DNA of 55,565 bases, filler included, from Porpidia crustulata (GCA_964255105.1; 3 parts of 3 records of this genome joined end to end with filler, not necessarily neighbours in it); one strand, 5' to 3'; positions 24,704-36,860 are shown, counted from the first letter of the whole stretch. Made by a program: numbers and translations. Notes: generated by a model not told the origin, from the sequence alone.

Positions 24704-25280
24704 ATGCCTCGCCAGCGTCGTGGTGCTGCTGCACCAGCTCGTAGCGCCCCTGTTCACCCAACTGTTACCCCCAAGAGGCAAAATGTAACGCCACCACAGC
24801 AGCCCACACGCTCCGCGAGCACCGCAGCAGGTCCCCCAGCTACTGCTCAGCAAGCTGGTGTTCCAGCTCAACAAGGAAAGGCACCTGGACTATTCGGTCA
24901 GATGGCTTCCACCGCGGCGTGAGTTTTACCAGTGCCGTCAAATGGCGAACATCTGCGCACTTATCATGTTATGTTTGACGAAACACTTGCTTACAATTAG
25001 CAGCGGCGTAGCAGTTGGTTCTAGTATAGGCCACGCAATTGGCGGCTTCTTCGGCGGTGGTTTCAACAATACCCCGGCAGACGCCCAGCAAACAGACCCC
25101 GGGATCACGCAGCAGAGCCAAGATGGAGCTTATCAAAGCAATGGTTGGGGGGATCGGAGCTGCGAGAGAGACGTAAAAGGCTTTACCAAATGTCTGGATG
25201 AAAACCAGGGAAACATGCAAATTTGTGGATGGTACTTGGACCAACTCAAGGCTTGCCAGGCTGCGGCGAGCCAGTACTAG
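24704..25280 (+). CDS. MIX17: Mitochondrial intermembrane-space CHCH protein Mix17/CHCHD2
   Basis: MPRQRR..GLFGQMASTAAGVAVGSSIGHAIGGFFGGG..C(X9)C...C(X9)C; one intron. Confidence 0.95.
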
Positions 25281-25510
25281 ACCTTGCAGCTCGGGGATGA
25301 TAAAGCGCCAAGACAGACACCTAATAAATTTCACAGAGGAAGCATTTGAGCATAGGCAGCGAGGTTGCGAATCAACATCACCAGAACCAGCTTGGTCAAG
25401 CCAAAGCATATAAAATATCAACCGTAAGCCTTAATTCCCTTTACGCATATTTTCATAGATATCTAGTATACAGCGACACTTTGGAAAGACGTGATACATC
25501 GTTGCGTTGT

Positions 25511-27258
25511 TCAATCAGTATCATCTGCTCTGTCCCTTCGGGGTTCGTAATTTAGCTGCCTTGCATTAACCTAGGCTGGACAATCGAGCCTATAAGTATA
25601 CGCACGGGAGATGGACATCTTACCTGATTACCGTTGTGAAGCTGGTGATCATCACGGCCCTCACGTTGCAGATGTAGTGTACGAACGTTGACGTCGTTTC
25701 CTGTTACTGGTGCGGTGGGACCTGTTAGTTCTGGCGTCATTCGTGTCGAAGGACCAGATTCTTGTTGAAAAGTCCGTCCAAGTTCAAGGATTGTCCCCAG
25801 AGCATCAGTAATCATGCTGGTCCCTGTAGAAATCATACTATGACGAGAAGACAACCACTTAGATATCAACCCCGGAGTTCCAGCATAAGCAGCTGTGTAG
25901 CCTTGTACAGGTACTATCACAAGATTTACGCTGGGTGTGAAATTGAGTGATTGTAGGCTTTGCTCTTCCTCGGAAATAGTAATCGCTCGATTTGGCGATG
26001 GCGTAAGAATTTGCTTGAACGTGTAAGGTATATCTCCATTGTTCCTCCTCTGTTCATCGACCCAAGCTCTGACATCTTTACTCAAGGTCATTTCCGAAGA
26101 GAACTTAGATCTAACTGTGCTCCCATCAAGAATCCGTACTTGTACGGCACAGTCTTTCATTATCCTTGGTCTAGATTCAGCGACCTCACTCGATATCTGT
26201 CGATCGACAAGGCCGCCCGCGCCATCATTGCCATCAGCCCTTGCCCTTGCCAGCTGCTTTCGGAGTTCTTCTTTCTCTTTTCGAGCTTGCCCATCGCTTT
26301 TGATTTCTCTCAAAATTCTGTCTCTCTCTAGCTTCGCTTCCGCTTGGCGTTTTCGCTGTTGCTGAGCATACATAGCTTGATTAGTCTTAGCAGTGCTGGG
26401 TGCAATCTTGTTGGACTCCCGTCGCGCCTCTGCTTTGGCTCTTCGCTCCGCCTTTTCAGCGGCGTCTTTATCTCGTTTATCAATGTCGAGCCTTCGTCGA
26501 CGATCCGCAAGCATTTCCTGGACTGTAGAGGTTGTTCCCGAAGACGTTGCGACGGGTGTTGGTGGTACGTGTGTAGCGCTTAAGGCCGTCGGTGAAGCAT
26601 CAAGTGTTGCAGTATGGCTAGACGAGCCTGAAGCCCCAATAAGGGTGTCAGAAGCTGACTATAAGTTAGTAGTTCCAAGATACAAGAAAGTATTCCCTCT
26701 GTAAGAGGCTCCAAGGGCTTATCTGAATATGTACTAATTTCCAAGGTTCGAAGCATCGCTTCCTTGAATTGCTGTTTGGTTGCGCCAGCGCGAAGATCGA
26801 GGAGAAGTTGACCAGCGCTACATTATTGTCGTCAGTATTGTACAATCATAAGAGTAGCTTTGTGTTCTGGTTATCTAGTTCAGGAGCATTCACCGGATGA
26901 CAGTTACAGATGGTACAACAGTGACTGGAAAATACGCTGACAATAATTCGGCCTCCTGTGACCCAGCATCTATGCGGAGAGTCACAGCTTTGGCGGCCAA
27001 AGCTTTAGAGATCTGACAGATAAAAATTAGACCCTTAGTAACCCTTTCAAGGCATAAGCTCTACCTCATCGTTGTGAAAATATTGCTCTTCCCATATTAT
27101 ACTGTGAGCGCCACTATCTGGCAGTAGCATTTGTCGTCAGCCATGAGCTCCCACTTGGAGCTCTATTCGAGGAAGTTACCTCTGACGAAGCAAATCACAT
27201 ATTTTGATTCTTGTAGAGCAAGCGCAATTCCCGTATGAAGATCTCCATCAAAGAACAT
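25511..27258 (-). CDS. UBX-domain protein (UBXN4/Ubx7-like: thioredoxin-like N-terminus, coiled coil, UBX)
   Basis: MFFDGDLHTGIALALQESK..CFV, coiled-coil region, CAVQVRILDGSTVRSKF..PYTF..EEEQSLQSL..PSVNLVIVP, C-terminal NGNQ|LNYEPR..*; multiple introns. Confidence 0.87.
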
Positions 27259-27350
27259 CGTTGTTCATGCTCGATGCACTCGAACAGTAGATAGTCGAAG
27301 TAAAGGAAGGGGGGTGGTGGATGCGCTCCGCCCGCCGCTCCTTCCCAACC

Positions 27351-27490
27351 TACTCGTATACGCCCCTCAATCGAGCACACCCCTCAATCGAACACTCCAC
27401 CTAGGGTTGGGGCAGGCAAGTTATGGGACCCTAACCCTAAGAAAGATATTCGATTGAGGAGTTTGTTCGACTGAGGGGTGTATACGAGTA
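27351..27490. mobile_element. 140-bp MITE with 44-bp TIRs (internal direct repeat CCCCTCAATCGA), TA ends and an internal ACCCTAACCCTAA
   Basis: Left TACTCGTATACGCCCCTCAATCGAGCACACCCCTCAATCGAACA versus reverse-complemented right TACTCGTATACACCCCTCAGTCGAACAAACTCCTCAATCGAATA: 38/44 identical. Confidence 0.85.
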
Positions 27491-27577
27491 TCGCAAGCTT
27501 ATACACTACTTCTCGTACTATAATTATGGTCATATACATTGGTCGAACTCAGACGACTTCCTTCAGCCTTTCGGCTT

Positions 27578-28745
27578 ATGTCAACTCTTAATATGGCTAC
27601 ACTAGTACGGCAGACGGGGTGGTGTACACTAAAGGCTCAAAAGCGTCTTCGAATCTTACCTTTCGTTCGATATGGACGACATGCCTTATCTCGGCGATGT
27701 ACACATACCCCAGCAGAGGACCCCAATTTTCGATCCATCGTTGACAAGCCCCCCACTCCAGTAAGAAGCGGCAAGCGACATGGCCCTGGCCTTATAATTC
27801 TAGGTAATGTCCCCCGATCACGAAGCTTCATGAACAACAACTGACCTCATGTAAGCCTTGATCCCATTTACAGCCTTCGCCCTAGGAACATGGCAAGTCT
27901 TTCGATTAGGCTGGAAGACAGAATTGATTGCTAGATTCGAAGATCGTTTAGTCAGAGAACCTTTGCCTTTGCCACCTCGAATTGATCCGTCCGCCATTAA
28001 AGATTTCGATTATCGTAGAATTTACACCATTGGGCATCTACGACATGATCAAGAGATGCTCATTGGTCCGCGAATACTCAACGGGACTAACGGGTATCTG
28101 GTTGTGACGCCTTTAGAACGACTTAATGACGGTTCCACAGTACTGGTGAATCGAGGATGGATTCCCAAAAAATTTGTAAGACAGATCGACAGAAAGGACG
28201 AAGGCTTACCTATGGGCGAAGTCATCGTTGAAGGCTTGCTACGAGAACCCTGGAAAAAGAATTTCTTCACGCCCGATAACAATCCAGAGCTGGGAGAATT
28301 TTATTTTCCGGATGTTGAGCAGATGGCGAAGCTAACGGGAAGCGACGCCGTGTGGATCGAGGAGACTATGGGTACTTCATGAATGATTCGAAACATAACG
28401 ATCAACCGGAGTACGTCTAACATCACTTCAGAACCAGACCTCCTGAAATCTTACGATAGAGAAGCAAAGGGTATTCCCATTGGTCGCCCAGCCGCGGTGA
28501 ATCTAAGAAACAACCATACCCAATACATCTTTACATGGTAAGCGCCCTCTTGGCTTCCTTAACAGAAACACACCCCTCTCCTCCATTCCTCTACCCAGTA
28601 TTTCTGTCAGTATCCAAATGGAGAAACTCACGAGCCACAAAACAGGTATGCTCTGTCAGCGGCAACTGGGATAATGCTATGGATGGTGATAAGGAGGTCA
28701 TCCTCGGCTATTACGAGAAGAGTCCGCTACAAGACTGAATGGTGA
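27578..28745 (+). CDS. SHY1: SURF1/Shy1 cytochrome c oxidase assembly protein
   Basis: AFALGTWQVFRLGWK, FDYRR, VLVNRGWIP, FTPDN, VNLRNNHTQYIFTW|YALS; three introns. Confidence 0.95.
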
Positions 28746-28826
28746 TGTCAAACTAAAGTCCAGCGACTCGTAAACGGGGTATTGTTGATCACAGCTTCGT
28801 GTGACGTCCTCGATTATCTCAACTGC

Positions 28827-30570
28827 TCACCATGGAATTACGCGGATGACTTGGAGTAACTCTCTAGGCAGATTTGTTTGGGCCAGAGAGAAAAGTGTTG
28901 CCCTGTTCGTCACTTGGCGTTGCCTGACACGATTGTTCAGCAAGATCTAGGACCAGTGGAGTTGATTACAACCTGGTCTTAGTGCACACTTACCGTTTCA
29001 TAACACTAGCAATATCTCTCTCGTTGATCTTTCTTCGGCCCGCATGCCCAGCGTACGTCCCTAGATCATCGCCAAGCTGTTGAAAGAACCAATCACTTGC
29101 GATCTTGATACTTTCAAGGCTCTCACTACTGATGCTGGTTTTTCTCATTCCTATCGATATCGCAAGCGTCGATGAGAGGCTCTTCATGATACCAGATGGA
29201 AGAGACGAATATGGTAGTCCTTGGCGGGAAATCTTTATGGATTCCGGTGCTTTGGATTTGCCCTTGAGCTCAGGTGCAGCTCTGGTAAATGAGATCGGAA
29301 CGACCTCAGTCTGCCAATGATCCGGACCCTCGTGGCTGCCACTCCTATTCCTCCGAAGCGACGGTTGAAGAATAGATCGTTGAACGAGAGTTGACTTCCC
29401 AACATCGTCGTACTCGAAAAGACCCCATGGGACCGAGTCGATTCGACGGCTTTCCTCCGTATTCGACCCATCATCTAATATGCGCCGCAGATCTTGTTTG
29501 TCGACCCTTCGCACCATCAGCTGCCTGCCAAATCTTACTAAAGGGAAGCCTACCGACCCTAAAACTACTTCTCTATCACGTTCATCAAGATCATCTATAG
29601 AATAACTGTGTTGACGTTGCACAAGGTTATAGTTGACAGAGGTATCCATGGGGGTGTCCAGTTGTAGCTCACTCGTGTCCCAAAACCGGTCCATTGTCCT
29701 CATAATTTCAATACCTCGTCTTGGAACATTTCCGTCTGGTTGCTCGCTAATCCCATGCCTCGCCATTTCGACGGATCTTTCAGTATGGTCGCCGTCATCG
29801 ATTCGCAGGGAAAGCCGAGGTGACGGTAATTGGAAGCCATCTTCAACGTCTATCTCTCCTGACTCCTCGACGTTCAGCGACAACTTCGGTTCAAGGATAC
29901 TTGGACTTTGCGCAAGCTCGTCTTGATTTTTGTCTCCTAGCATCGGATCGGGCGAAGCTTGTCTTGGTTTAGTTGTTCGGGCAAGAACTTATTATTCGTC
30001 AATGCCACAATCTATCTAGCACTACTGAAGTAGTCCAAGCACATACTTCTACTTAGATTCCTCATGGCCTCTCTGGGTGTCTCGCGTTTTATGCGCCCGC
30101 TTCTTCGCCGATCACGTGCTGGTGTAAGCTTTGCCGCCCGCCGCTGTAAAGCTTTGATTGCGTGCGGTGTTGTTGGAACACCTCTTCCGGCAGATATTGG
30201 CTGTAACATCTTGCCGCCTATGGGTATTCGCGAATGGTATTCTTCTGGGCTTGTCGCGATTCGCCGTAGGGAAGCCGGCCGAGATCTGGATGCCTGTCCT
30301 AGCGGTGTTGAGGGATTATTGATGATTTCCGCGAGAAGCGGGAGCTTTGAACAATTAAATCAGATGTTAGTTTCAATTATACATACTTGAGAGTTCACTT
30401 ACACCAGCATGCGTCGTCTGCATGGTTTCTGCTCGCTCAACTTGCCTGAAACCTCCAGGGTGAGGTATTGCGTGCAGTAGTCTTGGCGCAGAAAGCTCAT
30501 CCTCAGTACCAGGGTCTATATCGGCATTCCTCGCCCGATAGGGAGGGATGTTCACACGTGGGGATGACAT
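28827..30570 (-). CDS. CENP-T (Cnp20-like) kinetochore protein with C-terminal histone fold
   Basis: PTTPHAIKAL..RRRSGR..RETPR..LSR N-terminus, LPSPRLSL, and C-terminal ISRQG..YSSLP..ASDWFFQQLGDDLGTYAGHAGRRKINERD..MKR|QRQ..FSLAQ..LPRELLQ. Confidence 0.82.
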
Positions 30571-30806
30571 GCTCCAACTAGGTTCAGGATTCCACTCAGT
30601 ATTTACGGTTGAAGTAGTAAACAAACTAGTATGCAATAGCAGCCGGCGGAACGCACGACGGAGCGCACAATCAAGCGCAGACGTGCGGGTAAAATAGCTC
30701 CAATGTCATGCCTACCTAGGCACGCTAGGTGGCTAGGTAAACGTACTACCTCGGGTATCGTGTTCTTCTCATTAGATCTGTCCTACAACGGTCGATACAT
30801 GACACC

Positions 30807-31905
30807 ATGATAATGCCTCATCCTATTCATTCTTTTAGTCTTCCCCCAGGTACAGACCCTCGTGATTGGTCTTCAACCTTGTTGAACTCTCAATTGCCCT
30901 CTCAGCTCACCAAAAGAAAAAGAGACGAAATTGAAGATGTCGGTTCAGCCATTACTGCAGAGAAAAAAGTCAAGAGGAAAAGGCCGGAGAAAGTAAAAGC
31001 CCGCCACGATGAGAACCTTGACTTGGAGCGAGGGCTTAATATCGCCATCGGAAATATGGACAGCCGTTTGCTTGTAGAATACGTCTCGCAGAAGGAACCA
31101 CGACTTGCGCAACATCGAAGCACTGTAGAAGTAGAAGACTTGCGTATAATAGGTAAGAGATCTAGTAGTTATTGTTCCGTAACTTGGGTTAGCACTGAAT
31201 ACCAAGACTGCATAGAGAAAGCTTTTCTAGATACCAGCGATTGGGGGAAATCAAGGCTTCTCCATGATTTACCAGGGTTTTTAGATCGATACTGCTGTAG
31301 AGAAGGACAAAAGAATGGATTGTCTTTAGCTTCTGAAAAGATGGGAGCACCACATACGATTGTTGTCACTTCTGCTGGGCTACGTGCAGCAGATATCATC
31401 AGGTATAGCACCTAGACAAGCCTCTCTAACTTTGCTAAAGATCTTGAAGAGTTCTACGGACATTTCAGACGAAGGGTGCAATTGTAGCTAAACTTTTCGC
31501 GAAGCACATCAAGCTTGGGGACGCCATTGAGTATGTAAAGAAAACAAGGTAATCAGGTCTAATTCCATGTCCCTAGGGGAAAAAACTGAAAGGCGCGGTA
31601 CCGGTGCTAATATGTAGCAGAATTAGTATTGGGGTGGGGACGCCTTCAAGAATAATTGACCTATGGGATGCAGGTACGATTACAGCTCTTCGCTTTCCCT
31701 TGCAACTCTGCTCATTTTTATAGGAGCCTTAACTTTCGATAAGCTTGAGCGAGTGATTTTGGACACCTCCCATATTGATCAGAAGAAACGAGGGATGTTT
31801 GACATGCGCGAGACCCAACAACCACTAATGCAGTTACTAAACGTAAAAGATATAAGGGACCGATATAGTAGGGACGATGGTGAAGTCAGGCTTTTGTTCT
31901 TTTAA
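30807..31905 (+). CDS. CMS1: Cms1/CMSS1 90S pre-ribosome factor (degenerate helicase-like)
   Basis: GAPHTIVVTSAGLRAAD, VAKLFAKHIKL, IGVGTPSRI, LDTSHIDQKKRG.FDMRET; several introns; exact start uncertain. Confidence 0.88.
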
Positions 31906-32413
31906 GGCAATTATATCACTCATCATTATGACTTACCGAGAAGGTCAACTTCCTGTCGGTTTCCTATGATCAAAAGTACACAATTTGTCAGACTAAAATC
32001 GACTGCGTCATGTATCTTCATTGGTCGGTGCTTATCATAACATCCCTAACGAGCATAACGCGTGAAGTTTTGGTCTAGAGACCCACCTTTTCCAGCCCAA
32101 CACATTATCGTGACTCGACTACCTAGGGAAGGAAGTCACCACCTACTGGGAAATTTATCCTGAGACCTTCCTTCCATCACACTTAGTCTCACACGGCCAA
32201 ACCTTGTCTACCAATTAAAAGGCTTACGTCCATCACCTCTTCTTGTTTTCTTCTTCTTCTTCTTCAAAAAATTGGTATACCTTGTCTTGGACGATTACTT
32301 ATTCAAGAGGCCAATCCTGTCTGTCGTTACCTCGCTCGCAACTCGTTTCACCTCAACTCTGCAATCCCCTCGTCACCCACATTTATTACGCTCGAGACGC
32401 TTTAATCAGCATC

Positions 32414-33065
32414 ATGAAGGTCCACGGATTGATCTTCTTCTTCGGCTTGCTACTGAATGTTATCAGCTTCGATGGTCTGCCATTGCCTGGTCAGCTCCAA
32501 GCCTACCGATTAAGCCTTAAACTGTTAATTTCTGACGTACTACATAGACTGCCTACCCAAGTGTTGGAGCAATTCGAAGTATGTCAGTGACTGCAGCAAT
32601 GGGGTGAAATGTCTTTGCCAAGATTCCCATTTCCAAAGTGTAAGTCTGCTGTAATAGGTATGGGCTTTGGGCTAGTAAATGGGGCTTACATCTGTGCAGG
32701 TTGTACTACAATGCCTCTATTCTCAATGCCGAACTACGGAGTTTGGATCTGCTCTTCATCATGCTCTGTGTGAATGCTCGGACTTGGGATTAGATACCTC
32801 GGATTTCCTACCACCTCTCATCCGTCAGCAAGGACTTCGCAGGAGAGCCAACCTCGATACCATTGACGCTACTGCCTCGGCTTCCGCTACTCACTCGGTA
32901 TCCCGGCGGTACGCGAGCGTTTCAGCTGGCATTCATTCTCGTCCCACACGAAGCGCTGATTATGGCCCCACACCGACTGCTACAGTACCATTCCTGATGC
33001 CTACCACTCTAACAGCAGCTCTTAGCATCGCTAGCACTAATGGTGCCATACTTGAGCAGCTATAG
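32414..33065 (+). CDS. Small secreted CFEM-domain protein
   Basis: Signal peptide MKVHGLIFFFGLLLNVIS; spliced PDCLPKCWSNSKYVSDCSNGVKCLCQDSHFQSVVLQCLYSQCRTTEFGSALHHALCEC matches the 8-Cys CFEM spacing; S/T-rich tail; two introns. Confidence 0.75.
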
Positions 33066-33983
33066 CACAGATCCTAGGATTTCATGCACGTTTGGATGCT
33101 CCAAATCCTCCTCAGATGAGAAGAGTATCACCCTATTGGACTCGAAAACCTCTGATCTACTCTGATTCCTGCTAGATATGGTCTGTATTACGCTGGAGAA
33201 GCTACCGCCTGGAGGTTGTCGACACGAGAGTCAACATCCGGTTGCTTATCGCCGTGATAGAAGACATTCAGTATCTATGGCGTATGAGGAGCATTTCATT
33301 GTACTAGCGTATTGAGCACCTCATATCGTGCCAAGCTTGTCTATCATAGGCGAACATATTACGCAAGAGCCATTCTGACTTGGTATTGCTTCATTATAAA
33401 GCCTAGCTACCCACATGCCACAGAGATTAGTAGCGAATATTAAACGGCGACTGAGCTCTAACCGAGCTCGGTTGGATTATGCAGGTTTCTCGGGTGGATG
33501 GCAATTATTGGTCCAAGTGACTAATTACGCAAAGATTGGCTTTCTGAAGTATTCTATGTGACAGACTTCATGAAACATGTGCATTGATTTATTGGCTTTC
33601 TGTGCTATGAAAAGCCCAGCCGTAGTTGAGCTAAGCTGCGAATAATTTAGAATGCCTTTTAGTTTTTCTATGATTGTGGGCGCCTAAGTCTAACTTATGG
33701 CGGTAGTGTCGTTGCGTAGGGGTTGACAGCCGAGGCGGGCTTGAGGCGCATAATTTTCATAGAAATGAGAATAGTCAAAAAGTAAATTGAGTAACGGACT
33801 GAAACCTTCCATGGTCCGAGGGGCATTGCCAAAGCAGGCCGAAACTTGGGCAGAAACCAACTCTTACTTATAGGAGCACCCTCGACTCAAAACACTCGTT
33901 GCAGCATCTCAGACATTACTTGTGCGTCGTTGGCGAGAACCGCATTCCAATTTAGCCAGCACAGTCTTGAGGGTGCAAACACA

Positions 33984-34879
33984 ATGCTGCAAACCCTCAA
34001 AGCGGAGGCCGTTACTGTAAGGCGTACACAATCACCAATCTTGTGCCTCCGAGGCGGCGGTGCAGACCGAAACCGAAAGGAGGCTAGGAGGAAGAAATTT
34101 GCGCCACATATGAATGGAGCACCAGAATCTCAGCCAACGGGCGTACAAGGCGCGGATCCGGGTTTTCCACCGAAAACAGAATCGAAGATAGTTGCACTAC
34201 CTCCACAGGCTTCAGAACATCCAGATGCAGTAGATACTAAGCGTGTTTGCAATGACGTAAGGGTTGATGGCAATCCCGGTTCTTCGAATGAGATCTCGAA
34301 CGATATCACAAAGCCTCAAAGATTCATTGTGTTTATAGGTACGTAAGGTCACGAATCGACGATAAAGTACTCTTTTACCACCAACACGATGTGAGATAGG
34401 CAACCTGCCGTTCTCGGCAACCGACGAATCCATCAGACAGCACTTTGTGAAGGTGCAGCCATGCTCAGTCCGTCATCGAACGCAGAAAGGCACTGAGAAG
34501 TCTAAAGGCTTTGCTTTCCTAGAATTTGATAATTATGATCGAATGAAAACATGCTTGAAGCTATACCATCATTCCACTTTCGACCACAGTGGGTCCACGT
34601 CGAGGAAGCTGAATGTCGAGCTTACGTGAGAACCCCAAATGTCTTTAAATATCATGCTCTAACTGTGAGGGAAGCGCTGGCGGTGGCGGTCCCAAAAGCA
34701 AGGACCGGAGACTAAAACTACTAGCTAAGAATGAGAAACTAAATGAGCAGCGGAGGCGAAGGGTCGAGGATGCGAAGCAGACCGAAAAACCAAGAAGACC
34801 AACTATTTCTAATAAGGGCATCAAAAATTTCGATTTGGACATCCACCCAAGTCGAAGAGGTAGGGTGGTGGATAAGTAG
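33984..34879 (+). CDS. NOP6: RRM nucleolar RNA-binding protein (Nop6-like)
   Basis: RFIVFIGNLPFSAT (RNP2), SKGFAFLEF (RNP1), RKLNVELTAGGGG, KNEKLNEQR, DIHPSRR; start uncertain. Confidence 0.82.
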
Positions 34880-35338
34880 ACTGTAGTAGTTAGAAACCAA
34901 GAATGCTTTGTACATGCACTCATACACGTTACGTCTAAAATTACAATTCATTTTGAACAGGTGACTAGAATTCAAGTATGGAAATCTCTAAACTGCTTTC
35001 ATTGGCGGCATCCAAATCTAAGTAGAGTAGCTACCATGTGCTTCAAAACAAGCGGACCGATCTGATGAAATTGAATTTCTTACGCCTCCTAAGTGTAGGG
35101 AGGCGTAGGCCAACCCCGGACATGGTATATTTACGTTCCTGTATCGATGGTAATTCAAAAGGGATGCGCCCCTCCCAAAAGTTCCAAAATCCGCCGAGCA
35201 ATGCGCTACACACCTTTCGCTTCGCAAAAAGTCTCATGGTCCTCTTTCGATCAAAACTCGCAGGAAGGAGGCAGGAAGCTCTTCAGAGCACCGTAGGACC
35301 AGGAGCCAACAAAGCCTCTGGCCGGCCGCCGTACATGG

Positions 35339-36170
35339 TCAAAGGATTGTACACTTTGCCCCCCTTTTCGACGGTTTGTTGAGCGGCCGCGGATTTAATA
35401 CTGCCCTTTCTCCTGTCAGCTTGGTATCCGTGTCTTCGAGGCTGTTGAAATATACCGAATCGCCTCATCAAAGACACTCTTTAAGTTTCGTTGCGTTAGT
35501 GCAGAGCATTCTAGATATTTATGAGCTCTGATTTCTTTAGATACCTGGAGCGCATGCTCATATGACACCGGTTCCATCCTCTTCTGCCGAAGCGTATCCA
35601 TTGTCGCTCTGTCTTCTCTCAGATCCAGCTTCGTTCCCACTAGGATAATGGGAACGTTGGGCGCATGATGTTCGATTTCCGGAAACCATTTCGCTTTCAC
35701 GTTATCAAATGATGGCGGGCTAACGATAGAAAAACATATCAAGAAAACGTTTGTTTGTGGATATGATAATGGTCGTAGTCTGTCATAATCTTCCTGTCCT
35801 GCGGTATCCCATAATTGAAGGCTTATAGGCTTCCCATCCACCATGACGCACGCAGAGTAATTATCAAACCTGTGTTTTCCAATCAACAACGCGCAGCAGC
35901 AAGACCTCAATACTGCAGCTTACACAGTGGGTATGTATTCTCCTGGGAACGCATTTGTGGTATAGGATATGAGGAGACAAGTCTGCCTTGCTTATCAGCA
36001 GGTCTCTTATGGTTGCGCACAATTGGGAGAATTGCTACCTTTCCCACAGCCCCATCTCCAGTCACGACACACTTTTAGATCATCAACAGTCAGCACAAGA
36101 CGCTAATGTGGAAGATATCAGTCTCATTGTTCCCTACCTTCAGAGACTGCGTGCTAGGTGCAGCCGCCAT
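35339..36170 (-). CDS. racA: Rho-family small GTPase Rac
   Basis: [89 protein letters not shown] (CAAX); four introns. Confidence 0.96.
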
Positions 36171-36669
36171 TGGCGTACCGGTGGCAATAAGCCTGGATCA
36201 GTGATCAAGAAACAGCTGTGGTAAGTGGACAGCCCAAGACCTGGATAAGATTTGCGTTCTTCAACCACAGCTTCAGAGCAACCGCAAACAAAGCTAGGGA
36301 CAGTTGTTGTGGTGGTCGCCAAAAATCCCAGTCGAATTCAAACTCTATAAGAATGATGATGAAAAGATGAGAAGAATAAAATCGTTCTGTGATATTTCAA
36401 GGACATCAACGGCGTTTGAGACGTAGAGATTGTGCGAGCCAACGAGAGAGCTGCGATCGAGGAAGGGATCCTTCGCGTCTCAGAACAGCATTGACGCACG
36501 GACTTGAGCTGAATTTTTTCTGCCTATCAATGAACTTCTCAGATACCAAGACGATCGAATGCTTGTTGCGAAGTTTATTAATATATCGAAATCTGAGAGG
36601 TGAATGCCTCAGCTCTGAGACGTGCCAAGTATCGCTGCGGGTTAGCCGAGTTCGTCGAATCGCTTGAGA

Positions 36670-36860
36670 TTAACGTTCTTACAAATAATTCGAATAAATG
36701 TTATAAAATTTGTGTATAACAAAGAATTTTAAACATTTAATAATTTACTATAATTATTTTAAAATATAATAAAAAGATTTAAAATAAAAGATTTAATACA
36801 AAAATCGATGATTTAAAAGACGATTTTTTGTATTTAAACTACGAATTTTGTTGAGATATA
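36670..36860. repeat. Very AT-rich, RIP-like repeat relic containing an inverted repeat
   Basis: Abrupt AT enrichment with many TpA and retained CpG; TTTAATACAAAAATCG (36792-36807) pairs with CGATTTTTTGTATTTAAA (36821-36838). Confidence 0.55.

Noticed and set aside
33448..33474. Small hairpin CGACTGAGCTC-TAACC-GAGCTCGGTTG
   Set aside because: Too short and isolated to distinguish from chance; no ncRNA context.
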